NCBI GenBank assembly: GCA_040901675.1
Contig: JBBDYJ010000021.1
Location: forward strand, 1 to 33,639
Origin: Pirellulales bacterium
Lineage (GTDB): Bacteria > Planctomycetota > Planctomycetia > Pirellulales > JAICIG01
Direction of reading: 5' to 3'
Length of the DNA stretch: 33,639 nucleotides
Every line of letters starts with the position of its first letter. Positions within the stretch are counted from its first letter, which is position 1. The translations under genes were made by a program, and so were the position numbers. Positions 9,503 to 18,210 of the stretch are shown one piece after another. The notes beneath the pieces were generated by a model. It searched no databases, was not told the DNA's origin, and saw only the letters and a list, made by a program, of their open reading frames with translations.

Positions 9503-9531
9503 TTGCGCCTGATCGGCCGGGCAGCTATAAT
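9503..9531 (+). promoter_or_regulatory. sigma70 promoter of the kinase gene
   Basis: TTGCGC, 17 bp, TATAAT. Confidence 0.6.
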
Positions 9532-9563
9532 CCGCCGCTCCTTTCCCCGGCGGCGGCAGCGGC

Positions 9564-11780
9564 ATGCCCATCACGCTCAAACGATATACTAGGTGCCTGA
9601 CGGCCAGCGGCTTGATGTCGGCCGCCGAGGTAAAGGCCTTCCAGCGGCAGTTTGCCGCCGAGGCCCGCCCCTCCGACGCCCAGCAGTTGGCCCGCGCGTT
9701 GGTGCGGGCCGGGCGCTTGACCAAGTACCAGGCGGCCATGCTCTACCGGGGCACGACCAAGGGCCTGGTGCTGGGCAACTACACGATTCTCGACGAGATC
9801 GGCGCCGGAGGGATGGGGCAGGTATTCAAGGCCTGGCACCGTCGGATGGAGCGGACCGTGGCGCTCAAGGTGCTGCCCAAGGAGGCGACCCGTTCGAAGG
9901 ACTCGGTCCGCCGCTTCCAGCGCGAGGTCAAGGCGGCCGCCAGGCTTTCGCACCCGCACATCGTCACCGCTTACGACTCCGGCGAAGCTGACGGCATTCA
10001 TTTTCTGGTGATGGAGTACATCCAGGGAGCCAACCTGGCCGAGGTGCTCAAGGAGCAGGGGCCGCTGCCGTTGGACGAAGCAGTCGGGTACGTGGTGCAG
10101 GCGGCGCGTGGGCTGGCCTATGCCCATAGCCAAGGTGTGGTCCACCGCGACGTCAAGCCCTCGAACCTGCTGATCGACGAGCGAGGCACGGTCAGGATCC
10201 TCGACTTGGGCCTGGCCCGGTTCCGAGAGCAGTTGCAGGAAGAGGAGGCGGCGGCCGGCCGCGACATCACCACGACGGGCCAGGTCGTGGGAACGGTGGA
10301 GTACATGGCGCCGGAGCAGGCCGAGGACACTCGGCAGGCCGACCAGCGGGCCGACATCTATGGCCTGGGATGCACGCTCTACCGATTGGTGACCGGCGAG
10401 CTGCCCTACCGGGGCGAGACGGTGGTGCAATTGATTCTGGCGCACCGGGAGCAGAGCGTGCCTTCGCTGCGGGGGCCGCGGGGCGACGTGCCCCTCCAGG
10501 CCGACCAGGTATTCCGCAAGATGGTGGCCAAGTCGCCCTCGGACCGCTACCAGACGATGGACGAAGTGATCGCGGCTTTTGAGCGGATTGGTTTTGGCGG
10601 AAGCGGCCGGGGCAAACCGCGCGAAGCGGCGGGACCCGCGGGCCGCCGCGGCGGGGCGGTCGCCGCGGGAGCATCCGGCGGTTCTTCCTCGTGGAACACA
10701 CCGGCCGAGAGGCCGGAGGCAACCAGGCGGACGTCGGCCTCTTGGATCTTACTGCCGACCGTGCTGGTGCTGATCGCGCTGGCGGCGCTGCGGGCGACTG
10801 ACTGGCACGACGCGGACGAGGGCGGTTCGGCCGGGCTGGCCGGTGGTGCCGGTGGGCAAGTGGATTTGGGGGCCGAGCAGGCGCGGTTCGCCGAGTGGGC
10901 GGCGGCGATGGGCCTGCCGTTGACGGCCACGAATTCGATCGGCATGACGCTGCGCTTGATCCCGCCCGGCGAGTTTCTGATGGGCGGCGGCAGCGAGGAG
11001 GTGGCGGCGATGCGGCAGGCACTGGAAGCGGACGGCGCGGGAGCCGGCGACTGGGCCCTCTCGCCGATCGCAGACGAATTGCCCCGGCACCCCGTGCGCA
11101 TCACGCGTCCCTTTTACATCGGCACGCACGAAGTGACGGTAGCCGAGTTTCGGGCCTTCGTCGCCGATGCCGGCTATACGACCGAGGCCGAGAAAAGCGT
11201 GCAGGCCGGCGCCGCCAGCCCGCCGGACTGGCGGCATCCCGGCGGATTCACGCAATCCGACCGGCATCCGGTGGTGCAGGTGAGCTGGCGCGACGCATCC
11301 GCTTTTTGCCAGTGGCTCAGCCGCCGCGAAGGCGTCGAGTATCACCTGCCGACCGAAGCCCAGTGGGAGTATGCCTGCCGGGCCGGCGGCAGCGCCGCCT
11401 GGTCGTTCGGGCACGACGGCCGACTGGCGGCTCGGCATGCCTGGTTCGGTCCGAATGCGGGCCAGCGTACACACCAGGTGGGGCTGCTGGAACCGAACGG
11501 CTTCGGCCTGTTCGACATGCACGGCAACGTGCTGGAATGGTGCCTGGACGGCGCTCGCGGCTACACGGCGGACCAGGCCGCCGACCCATTGGGCCCCGGC
11601 GACGGCCCACGGGTCGTGCGCGGGGGCGACTATGCCGCGCCGAATGCCTGGTGCCTGCGGTCGGCCTTGCGGATTGCCTGCGCCGGCGACCCAAGCCGCT
11701 CGATCGGCTTGCGGGTGGCGCGCCGAATTGAAAGCAGCGAATTGGCCGGCCCTGGGGCAGCAGCCGGCATGAGCCGGTAA
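9564..11780 (+). CDS. Hanks-type Ser/Thr kinase with TM helix and C-terminal FGE-sulfatase (SUMF1-like) domain
   Basis: GAGGMGQV, VALK, HRDVKPSN, DLG, GTVEYMAPE; TM WILLPTVLVLIALAAL; NSIGM, LPTEAQWEYACRAG, NGFGLFDMHGNVLEWC, RVVRGG. Confidence 0.93.
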   Translation: MPITLKRYTRCLTASGLMSAAEVKAFQRQFAAEARPSDAQQLARALVRAGRLTKYQAAMLYRGTTKGLVLGNYTILDEIGAGGMGQVFKAWHRRMERTVALKVLPKEATRSKDSVRRFQREVKAAARLSHPHIVTAYDSGEADGIHFLVMEYIQGANLAEVLKEQGPLPLDEAVGYVVQAARGLAYAHSQGVVHRDVKPSNLLIDERGTVRILDLGLARFREQLQEEEAAAGRDITTTGQVVGTVEYMAPEQAEDTRQADQRADIYGLGCTLYRLVTGELPYRGETVVQLILAHREQSVPSLRGPRGDVPLQADQVFRKMVAKSPSDRYQTMDEVIAAFERIGFGGSGRGKPREAAGPAGRRGGAVAAGASGGSSSWNTPAERPEATRRTSASWILLPTVLVLIALAALRATDWHDADEGGSAGLAGGAGGQVDLGAEQARFAEWAAAMGLPLTATNSIGMTLRLIPPGEFLMGGGSEEVAAMRQALEADGAGAGDWALSPIADELPRHPVRITRPFYIGTHEVTVAEFRAFVADAGYTTEAEKSVQAGAASPPDWRHPGGFTQSDRHPVVQVSWRDASAFCQWLSRREGVEYHLPTEAQWEYACRAGGSAAWSFGHDGRLAARHAWFGPNAGQRTHQVGLLEPNGFGLFDMHGNVLEWCLDGARGYTADQAADPLGPGDGPRVVRGGDYAAPNAWCLRSALRIACAGDPSRSIGLRVARRIESSELAGPGAAAGMSR

Positions 11781-11792
11781 ATCGGGAGACGA

Positions 11793-11815
11793 CCTCGCTG
11801 GCGCGTCGGGTTAGT
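11793..11815. repeat. REP-like palindrome CCTCGCTGGCGCGTCGGGTTAGT between convergent genes
   Basis: The reverse complement recurs split at 28573-28660 and partially at ~4067-4080. Confidence 0.65.
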
Positions 11816-11859
11816 ATTTTCGCCTCGCGCAGCAGCCGTCCCCGGAACAGCCAGCCGCG

Positions 11860-13143
11860 TCAGCCGGTGAACCGAGAGACGACCAGCGTGACGTTCTGCC
11901 CGCCAAAGCCGAAGCTGTTGGTCAAGGCGACGTCGCAAGGGACCGGGCGCGCCTGGTTGGGCACGTAATCGAGATCGCACTCGGGGTCGGGCGTGGTGTA
12001 ATTGATCGTGGGGGGCAGCACATTGTCGCGGATCGCCAGCAGGCAGACGATCAGCTCGGTCGCCCCGGCGGCGGCAATCAAGTGTCCCATCATGCTCTTG
12101 GTGCTGGAGACCGGCGTGCGGTAGGCCTGGTCGCCCAGCACGCGCTTGATGGCCAGCGTCTCGACGCGGTCGTTGACGTCGGTGCTGGTGCCATGGGCGT
12201 TGATGTAGTCGATGTCGTCGGGGTTGATCTGGGCGTCGGCCATCGCCATCCGCAAGCAGCTTGCGGCGCCGCGCCCCTCGGGATGGGTGTCGGTGATGCG
12301 GAAGGCATCGGCCGTCGAGCCGTAGCCGGTCACCTCGCCGTAAATCGCGGCACCGCGAGCCAGGGCGTGGTCCAGCTCCTCGAGCACCAGCATGCCGGCC
12401 CCCTCGCCCAGCACAAAGCCGTCGCGGTCCTTGTCGAAGGGGCGCGAGGCCTTGGTCGGCTCGTCGTTGTGCGTGGACAGCGCCGTGAGCAGGTTGAAAC
12501 CGGTGACGCCGAAGGGGTGGATCATGCTGTGCGTGCCGCCGGAGAGCATGACGTCGGCATCGCCGCGGCGGATCATCTCGACGGCCTCGCCCACGGCCTG
12601 GCTGCTGGCGGCGCAGGCGGTCAGGCAGTTGGCGTTGGGGCCCTGCGCGTTGAACAAGCTGGCCAGGTGACCCGCGGGCATGTTCGGTTCCTGCTCCAGC
12701 TCGGCCAGCGGATCCAGGATTTCGCGGCCGGTCTTGGTAAAGCGGGCGACGTCGAAGTTTTCGCCGTCCAGGGCGCTGACCATCATCCGAGTGAAGCGGT
12801 CGAAGTCCTGCTGCCCCTCGCCGCTGCCGAGGTAAACGCCGAAGCGGACCGGGTCCAGCCGCGCGTCGGCCAACCCGGCGGCGGCCACCGCCTGGCGGGC
12901 GGCGCCCACGGCAAAGCGGGTATGGCGTCCGCGGTGTTTCCATTTTTCGGGGTCTTCGCCCACGGCCGACACGTCGAAGTCGCGGACCTCGGCCGAGATC
13001 TGCGTGGGAAAATTGCTGGCGTCGAACAGCGTGGTCCGGCCGATGCCCGACTCCCCCTTGAGAAGGCGGGACCAAAGCGCCGGCACGTCGTTGCCCAACG
13101 GCGTCACGCAGCCCATGCCGGTCACGACCACGCGTCGTCTCAT
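11860..13143 (-). CDS. fabF: Beta-ketoacyl-ACP synthase II family (FabF-like)
   Basis: MRRRVVVTGMG, TACAASS (Cys), AHGTST, GHLIAAAG, NSFGFGG. Confidence 0.9.
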   Translation of the reverse strand: MRRRVVVTGMGCVTPLGNDVPALWSRLLKGESGIGRTTLFDASNFPTQISAEVRDFDVSAVGEDPEKWKHRGRHTRFAVGAARQAVAAAGLADARLDPVRFGVYLGSGEGQQDFDRFTRMMVSALDGENFDVARFTKTGREILDPLAELEQEPNMPAGHLASLFNAQGPNANCLTACAASSQAVGEAVEMIRRGDADVMLSGGTHSMIHPFGVTGFNLLTALSTHNDEPTKASRPFDKDRDGFVLGEGAGMLVLEELDHALARGAAIYGEVTGYGSTADAFRITDTHPEGRGAASCLRMAMADAQINPDDIDYINAHGTSTDVNDRVETLAIKRVLGDQAYRTPVSSTKSMMGHLIAAAGATELIVCLLAIRDNVLPPTINYTTPDPECDLDYVPNQARPVPCDVALTNSFGFGGQNVTLVVSRFTG

Positions 13144-13160
13144 CAGCCTGTTGCCTCGCG

Positions 13161-13727
13161 TTAGGTGTTGCACTGGCCAGCCTGGGCAGGCCGCTGGAGA
13201 TCCCCGCCGACCGCCCGGATGGCGGCCAGGCCGGCGGGCTCGACGAGACGGCGGCCGTCGGCTGATCGGCCCACGTCGAACACGCCCAGCAGCTTCATGG
13301 TGAAGACGAAGTTTTTGGGCTCGAACAAGGTCCGAGCGCGGTTGGAGTCGTCCAGGTGGGCAAAGACCACTTCCATCTCGGCCTGCAAGCGGTCGCCCAC
13401 GTGACTGGTGGCGGAGACCATGGCGCCATCATCCTTAATGTATTCGATGTTGGCCGTGTAGCGGAGCGTATCGCCCGGGACCGCGGCAAAGTGAAACAGG
13501 GCCTTGGGAATCTTGGCCAGGATCACTTTTTCCTCGAAGTGATTGTACTCGCCCACCAGCAAACCGCCGGTCTGGGCAATGCCTTCGGCAATGAGCGAGT
13601 TGGGCATGACGGGGCAGCCGGGGAAATGATCGTGCAGGTAGTCCTCGGCCAGAGAGACGTTCTTGATGGCCTGGGCCCGCTTGCCGCTCTCGAACTCGAT
13701 GAATTTGTCGATCCAGATCCAGCGCAT
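13161..13727 (-). CDS. FabA/FabZ-like dehydratase with C-terminal extension
   Basis: MRWIWIDK, DHFPGCPVMPNSLIAEGIAQ, PGDTLRY. Confidence 0.85.
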   Translation of the reverse strand: MRWIWIDKFIEFESGKRAQAIKNVSLAEDYLHDHFPGCPVMPNSLIAEGIAQTGGLLVGEYNHFEEKVILAKIPKALFHFAAVPGDTLRYTANIEYIKDDGAMVSATSHVGDRLQAEMEVVFAHLDDSNRARTLFEPKNFVFTMKLLGVFDVGRSADGRRLVEPAGLAAIRAVGGDLQRPAQAGQCNT

Positions 13728-13736
13728 GGGCAGGGC

Positions 13737-14129
13737 TCAACCTACGACGGGGACTTTGCTCTCGACGTAGCGGCACATGTCCTCGACGGTCAGCAAGTTG
13801 CCGAAGTTCTTGACGGTCGGATTGGAGGCGAAGGCGTCGAGATCGGCAAAGGGCATGCGCTGGCGGAGCTGCTCGAGACCCTCGGCGTTGAGCTTGCCAT
13901 CCTGGACGTACTCGGCGCTCGTCAGAATATCCTCGGGAAACAGCTCGCCCCGGGGCACCTTGATGTTAAAGGCCTTTTCCAGACGGAACACGATGTCGAG
14001 GAAGTCGATCGATTCGGCGCCCAGGTCGCCGGCCAGCGTGGCCTGGGGGGTGACCTCCTCTTCGTCCACCCCCAACGCCTCGACGAGGGCCGTCGTGATC
14101 TTGTCGAGGACTTCTTGCTTGGTTGGCAT
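13737..14129 (-). CDS. Extended acyl carrier protein (~130 aa)
   Basis: DLGAESIDFLDIVFRLEKAF helix II; long insertion before LTVEDMCRYV; alternative start at 14138. Confidence 0.85.
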   Translation of the reverse strand: MPTKQEVLDKITTALVEALGVDEEEVTPQATLAGDLGAESIDFLDIVFRLEKAFNIKVPRGELFPEDILTSAEYVQDGKLNAEGLEQLRQRMPFADLDAFASNPTVKNFGNLLTVEDMCRYVESKVPVVG

Positions 14130-14200
14130 TTGCACCATCTCCCAAAGTATTTCGCACGTTTCGTCGTTCTTGGCCGCTCAGCCACCGTGGCATCGCGGCG

Positions 14201-14953
14201 TCAATAGGCGCCCAGGCTGAGCCCGCCGTCGACCCGCAACACCTGGCCGGTGAGATAGCTGGCGTCGTCGCTGGCCAGAAAAGCCACCACGCGGGCTATC
14301 TCCTCCGGCTGGCCGACTCGCTTCAGCGGGATGATCTCCTTGAGGCGATCGCCTGCCAGGCCGCGAACGGCCGCGCTCATGTCCGTTTCGATCATGCCCG
14401 GCGCCACGCCGTTCACCCGGATTCGCCGCGAGGCGAGCTCCTTGGCCAGGCAGCGGGTGAGCCCGTCGATGCCCCCCTTGCTGGCCGCGTAGTTGACCTG
14501 GCCGCGCGAGCCGAACTCGGCCGCCACGCTCGAGACGTTGATCATGGCGCCGCGGCGGGCCGACATCATCGGGCGCGTCGCCGCCCGGCAGTAGTTGTAG
14601 GTTCCGCTCAGGTTGGTGTCGATCACCTCGCCCCACTGTTCGGCCCCCATGGTGGCGAAAAGGGTGTCGCGAATGATGCCCGCCGAGTTGACCAGAACGT
14701 CGAGCCGCTCCCACTCCTCCACCAGTTGCTCGACCAACTGCAAGGCCCGCTTCGCGTCGCGGACGTCGGCCTCGAAGGCCCGCACCTGGCGCCCGGCGGC
14801 CGAAAGCTCGGCCACTACCGCCTCGGCGGCCTGCTGGTTGGACTGATAGACGAAGGCCACGCGGGCGCCTTCGGCGGCGAGCGCCTGCACGCAGGCCCGT
14901 CCGATGCCTCGGCTGCCGCCGGTGACCAAAGCTGTCTTGCCTTCGAATCGCAT
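14201..14953 (-). CDS. fabG: 3-oxoacyl-ACP reductase (SDR)
   Basis: TGGSRGIG, VNSAG, NYAASK, APGMIET, VDGG. Confidence 0.88.
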   Translation of the reverse strand: MRFEGKTALVTGGSRGIGRACVQALAAEGARVAFVYQSNQQAAEAVVAELSAAGRQVRAFEADVRDAKRALQLVEQLVEEWERLDVLVNSAGIIRDTLFATMGAEQWGEVIDTNLSGTYNYCRAATRPMMSARRGAMINVSSVAAEFGSRGQVNYAASKGGIDGLTRCLAKELASRRIRVNGVAPGMIETDMSAAVRGLAGDRLKEIIPLKRVGQPEEIARVVAFLASDDASYLTGQVLRVDGGLSLGAY

Positions 14954-14977
14954 CCAGGTTGTCGGGCCTTGGCCGTG

Positions 14978-15466
14978 TTAGTTAAGGGGCGCCGCAGTCG
15001 GCCGGTATAAGAGCGAGAACAATTCGCGGAGCTTCTGCTTGACGACCTGGTCGGCAACGGTCCGGCTGGCATCCTCGTCGGCGAGGTTATAGCGCGACAG
15101 CACCAGGCGTGCCGAGACCGCGGGCACGGAGCCGACGGAGCCCGACGCCTTCAGCCGCACTTCGTGGGGTGCCTGGTCCATGATCTCGGCCACAACGCTC
15201 AATGTTTGCCCAGGCTCGACGAAGTTTGCGTATTTCACGTTCCGCGCTTCCTTGAGCAGCACCATGCTGTGGGCAAAATCCTCGCTCGATCGCACCAGCC
15301 AGGCGGCTGCCTGGGTCATTGCCTCGAGCATCAGCACCCCGGGCATCACGGGAAATCCGGGAAAGTGGTCGGCTAAATACTCTTCGGCCATCGACAGGTT
15401 CTTCACGGCGGTAATCCTGGCGCCGGGCACCAGTTCGACGACGCGATCAATCAGCGTGAAACGCAT
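14978..15466 (-). CDS. FabZ-like 3-hydroxyacyl-ACP dehydratase
   Basis: LIDRV, DHFPGFPVMPGVLMLEAMTQ, VEPG. Confidence 0.88.
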   Translation of the reverse strand: MRFTLIDRVVELVPGARITAVKNLSMAEEYLADHFPGFPVMPGVLMLEAMTQAAAWLVRSSEDFAHSMVLLKEARNVKYANFVEPGQTLSVVAEIMDQAPHEVRLKASGSVGSVPAVSARLVLSRYNLADEDASRTVADQVVKQKLRELFSLLYRPTAAPLN

Positions 15467-15514
15467 CTAGACCTGGGATGACGAGCGGCTGTGGGGGCAG
15501 AGCAGTAAGCAGTA

Positions 15515-15543
15515 AATATAGTGTGGATGCCCCGCGGGGACAA
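15515..15543 (-). promoter_or_regulatory. sigma70 promoter of the fab-like operon
   Basis: TTGTCC (15543-15538), 17 bp, TATATT (15520-15515). Confidence 0.6.
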
Positions 15544-15774
15544 ACCGAAAAACGCCGCATCAAGGCTGGCCCGATCTGGGTCATAAAAGACTGCGCTTCA
15601 AGGTTTTAGGATGCGTGGATCGTCGCGGCGAACCACGATCCGGCCGACGCCCGAGCGGCCAGCGATCGGAGGTGCACTGCCAAAATGGCGGTTCGGGCTG
15701 GATTGGCTTTGCGAGCCACACGTCGCAACACCTTTGGAATTGAGTGCTTACGGCGAGTGTTGCTGTGATCCAAT

Positions 15775-15789
15775 TGGCATGGGCTTTGC
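15775..15789 (+). promoter_or_regulatory. sigma54 (-24/-12) promoter upstream of the hsp20 locus
   Basis: TGGCAT-GGGCT-TTGC has the exact GG-N10-GC spacing; upstream near-palindrome CTGCCAAAATGGCGG (~15677-15691). Confidence 0.7.
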
Positions 15790-15850
15790 CTTTTACGCTG
15801 ATGCCGCGGCAAGTCAGCAAATCAAAGCGATTCGAGAAGGGAGGACACAC

Positions 15851-16286
15851 ATGTTCCTGCGACGAACTCCGGCCGTCAACATCTGGGAGCGTGGCGATGG
15901 GACATCCTGGAGAAGAACGACGAATTGATGCTCGTGGCCGACATGCCGGGGGTGGCGGGCAACGAGATCGACATCCGCTTCGAGGATGGCGAGCTGACGA
16001 TCCACGGTCCGGTGCCCGATCGCTATGGCCAGCAGGATGGCTGGCTGCTGCGTGAGTATGGAACGGGTGACTTCTATCGCACGTTCAGGGTCAGCGAGCA
16101 GATCGACGCGGCCAAGATCGAGGCCGAGTACGCCAACGGCGTATTGACCTTGCACTTGCCTAAGGTCGAAGCGGCCAGGCCGCGGAAGATCAGCGTCAAG
16201 GCAAGCCCGTAGAAGGCGTGCTGACGATCCGCCTGGCCAAGTCGCCCGAGGCCGCGCCGAAACGGATCCCCGTAAAGGCCTTGTAG
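15851..16286 (+). pseudogene. Disrupted Hsp20/alpha-crystallin locus of three fragments in three frames; an N-truncated ORF 15925..16212 stays open
   Basis: AGGAGG+ATG 15851 gives MFLRRTPAVNIWERGD; 15901-16212 gives DILEKNDELMLVADMPG...ANGVLTLHLPK...ISVKASP*; 16212-16286 gives EGVLTIRLAKSPEAAPKRIPVKAL*. Confidence 0.8.
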
Positions 16287-16389
16287 TCGTGCACGGGCCG
16301 CGCCCGGCTGAATAGCCGGGGCGCGGCCCCGTCAGGGGCGTGGGGCCGGCGGCTACCGCCGCCACATGGCGGCTGGTACGATGGCGCGC

Positions 16390-18147
16390 ATGCGCAAGGG
16401 CATCGGTGTTTCACCCGGCGTGGCCGTCGGCAAGGCCTACTGCATCCACGAGATCTTCGTCGATCCGCACACCAAGCGGCTGCCGGACGACGAAGTGATC
16501 GGTGAGTTGCGGCGATATGAAGAGGCGGCCCAGCGGACCGTTGCGGATCTGCACGCCCTGGCTCATAAAGTTTCCAGCCAGGTGGGCTCGGAGCAGGCGG
16601 CCATCTTTCGGGTCCACGAGAGCATCGTCCACGATCCGGCCTTCACGGAGAAGATCCGCGGCTGGATCGCCGACCATCGCGAGCCGGCCGAGTCGGCCTT
16701 GCACCGGGTGCTCAACGAGTACACTTCGCTTTTTGTGCGTACCAAGGATGAGTACCTCAAGGAGCGGCTGGCGGACGTCCGCGACGTGATCATCCGGCTC
16801 AGCGGGCACTTGTCGCCGATGCTGGCCGGCGATGCCGCCGACTTCTCCGGTCCGGTCGTGCTGGTGGCGCCCGAGCTGCTCCCTTCGCAGGTGGTGGCCC
16901 TGGGCGAGCGGCAGGTGGCGGCGATAGTGACCCAGAGCGGCGGTCGCACCAGCCACGCGGCTATCCTCGCCCGCAGCCGCGGCATTCCGGCCGTGTCGGG
17001 CGTGCGGGGCATCCTGCGGCAAGTTACCAACGGCGACACCGTGGTGGTCGACGGCCGCGAGGGGGTGGTGCTGGTCAATCCCGATCCGGAGACCGAAAGC
17101 GCCTACCGCAAGCTGCAACGGGAGTTTTTTCATCTCAAGGACGTTCTGGCCGAGAACCGCCACCTCCCCTCGGTCATGGCCGATGGGACGCCGGTCGAGC
17201 TGCTGGCCAATATCAATGGCCTGGACGACGCCAAGAAGGCCGCGGCCATGGGCGCCGCGGGCGTGGGGCTGTTCCGCACGGAATACCTGTATCTGACGCA
17301 TCCGGACGTTCCGGACGAGGAAGAACAACTGGCGGCGTATCGGCAGATTATCGAGGCCAGTCCCGGGCGGCGGGTGACGATTCGGACCTTGGACCTGGGT
17401 GGGGATAAGACGATTCCGTACCTGGGGCACGACCGAGAGGCGAACCCCTTCATGGGGTGGCGGTCGATTCGACTTTCGTTTGAGCACCCGGGGTTCTTCA
17501 CGACCCAGATCAGGGCCATCTTGCGGGCTGGTGCGGGTGCGGAGGTGCCGGGCGGGGTGCAGATTCTGTTTCCGATGATTACCACGTTGGAAGAAGTACG
17601 GCGGGTGCGAGGCATGGTTCGGCGGGCAAAGAGGCAATTGACCTCGCGGGGCCATGCCTTTGCCGACGTTCCGATGGGACTGATGGTCGAAGTGCCGGCC
17701 GCCGCCGTCTGCATCCGGTCGCTGGTGCGGTCGGTGGATTTTGTTTCCATCGGTTCCAACGACCTGGTCCAGTACCTGATGGCGGCCGACCGCGACAACC
17801 CGAAGGTCAGCCATCTTTGCCAGCCGCTAAGCCCGGCCGTATTGCGTGTGCTTTGCCGAGTGATTGCGGCTTGTAACAAGACGGGCAAACCCCTTACGTT
17901 GTGCGGCGAGATGGCCGGCCAGCCCAGCGCGTTCGTGCTGTTGGTGGGGATGGGTTTGCGCAGCTTCAGCATGAGCCCGGCGTTCATACCGACCATCAAG
18001 GAACTGACCAGCCACTTAACCGAAGAAAATACCCAGGCGATCGTGAAGCGGGCCTTGCGGCTGCAAACCACCGCCGAGGTGGTCCGTTTCATGGGCGACC
18101 AGATCGAGCAGTTGGCGCCCAGCTTGAAGATCCTCGACTCGGCCTGA
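16390..18147 (+). CDS. ptsI: PEP-protein phosphotransferase (PTS enzyme I)
   Basis: GIGVSPG, GGRTSHAAI (phospho-His), GVGLFRTE, RTLDLGGDK, EANPFMGWR, SIGSNDL, CGE; start could be 16366 or 16381. Confidence 0.92.
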   Translation: MRKGIGVSPGVAVGKAYCIHEIFVDPHTKRLPDDEVIGELRRYEEAAQRTVADLHALAHKVSSQVGSEQAAIFRVHESIVHDPAFTEKIRGWIADHREPAESALHRVLNEYTSLFVRTKDEYLKERLADVRDVIIRLSGHLSPMLAGDAADFSGPVVLVAPELLPSQVVALGERQVAAIVTQSGGRTSHAAILARSRGIPAVSGVRGILRQVTNGDTVVVDGREGVVLVNPDPETESAYRKLQREFFHLKDVLAENRHLPSVMADGTPVELLANINGLDDAKKAAAMGAAGVGLFRTEYLYLTHPDVPDEEEQLAAYRQIIEASPGRRVTIRTLDLGGDKTIPYLGHDREANPFMGWRSIRLSFEHPGFFTTQIRAILRAGAGAEVPGGVQILFPMITTLEEVRRVRGMVRRAKRQLTSRGHAFADVPMGLMVEVPAAAVCIRSLVRSVDFVSIGSNDLVQYLMAADRDNPKVSHLCQPLSPAVLRVLCRVIAACNKTGKPLTLCGEMAGQPSAFVLLVGMGLRSFSMSPAFIPTIKELTSHLTEENTQAIVKRALRLQTTAEVVRFMGDQIEQLAPSLKILDSA

Positions 18148-18210
18148 GACACTGACCTGAGACTCCGATATGCGCCCTTACGTACCGGCCGCTGAACTTG
18201 GAGGTGAAAC

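Noticed and set aside
11610..11725. Complete diversity-generating retroelement
   Set aside because: No template repeat, reverse transcriptase or avd gene in the window.
11860..15466. Ladderane or aryl-polyene cluster assignment
   Set aside because: No radical-SAM, methyltransferase, chain-length-factor, acyltransferase or ligase genes nearby; the product cannot be called from sequence.
15724..15750. CIRCE (HrcA) operator upstream of hsp20
   Set aside because: Only the right arm is similar (GAGTGCTTA); the left arm at N9 spacing (CGCAACACC) does not match TTAGCACTC.
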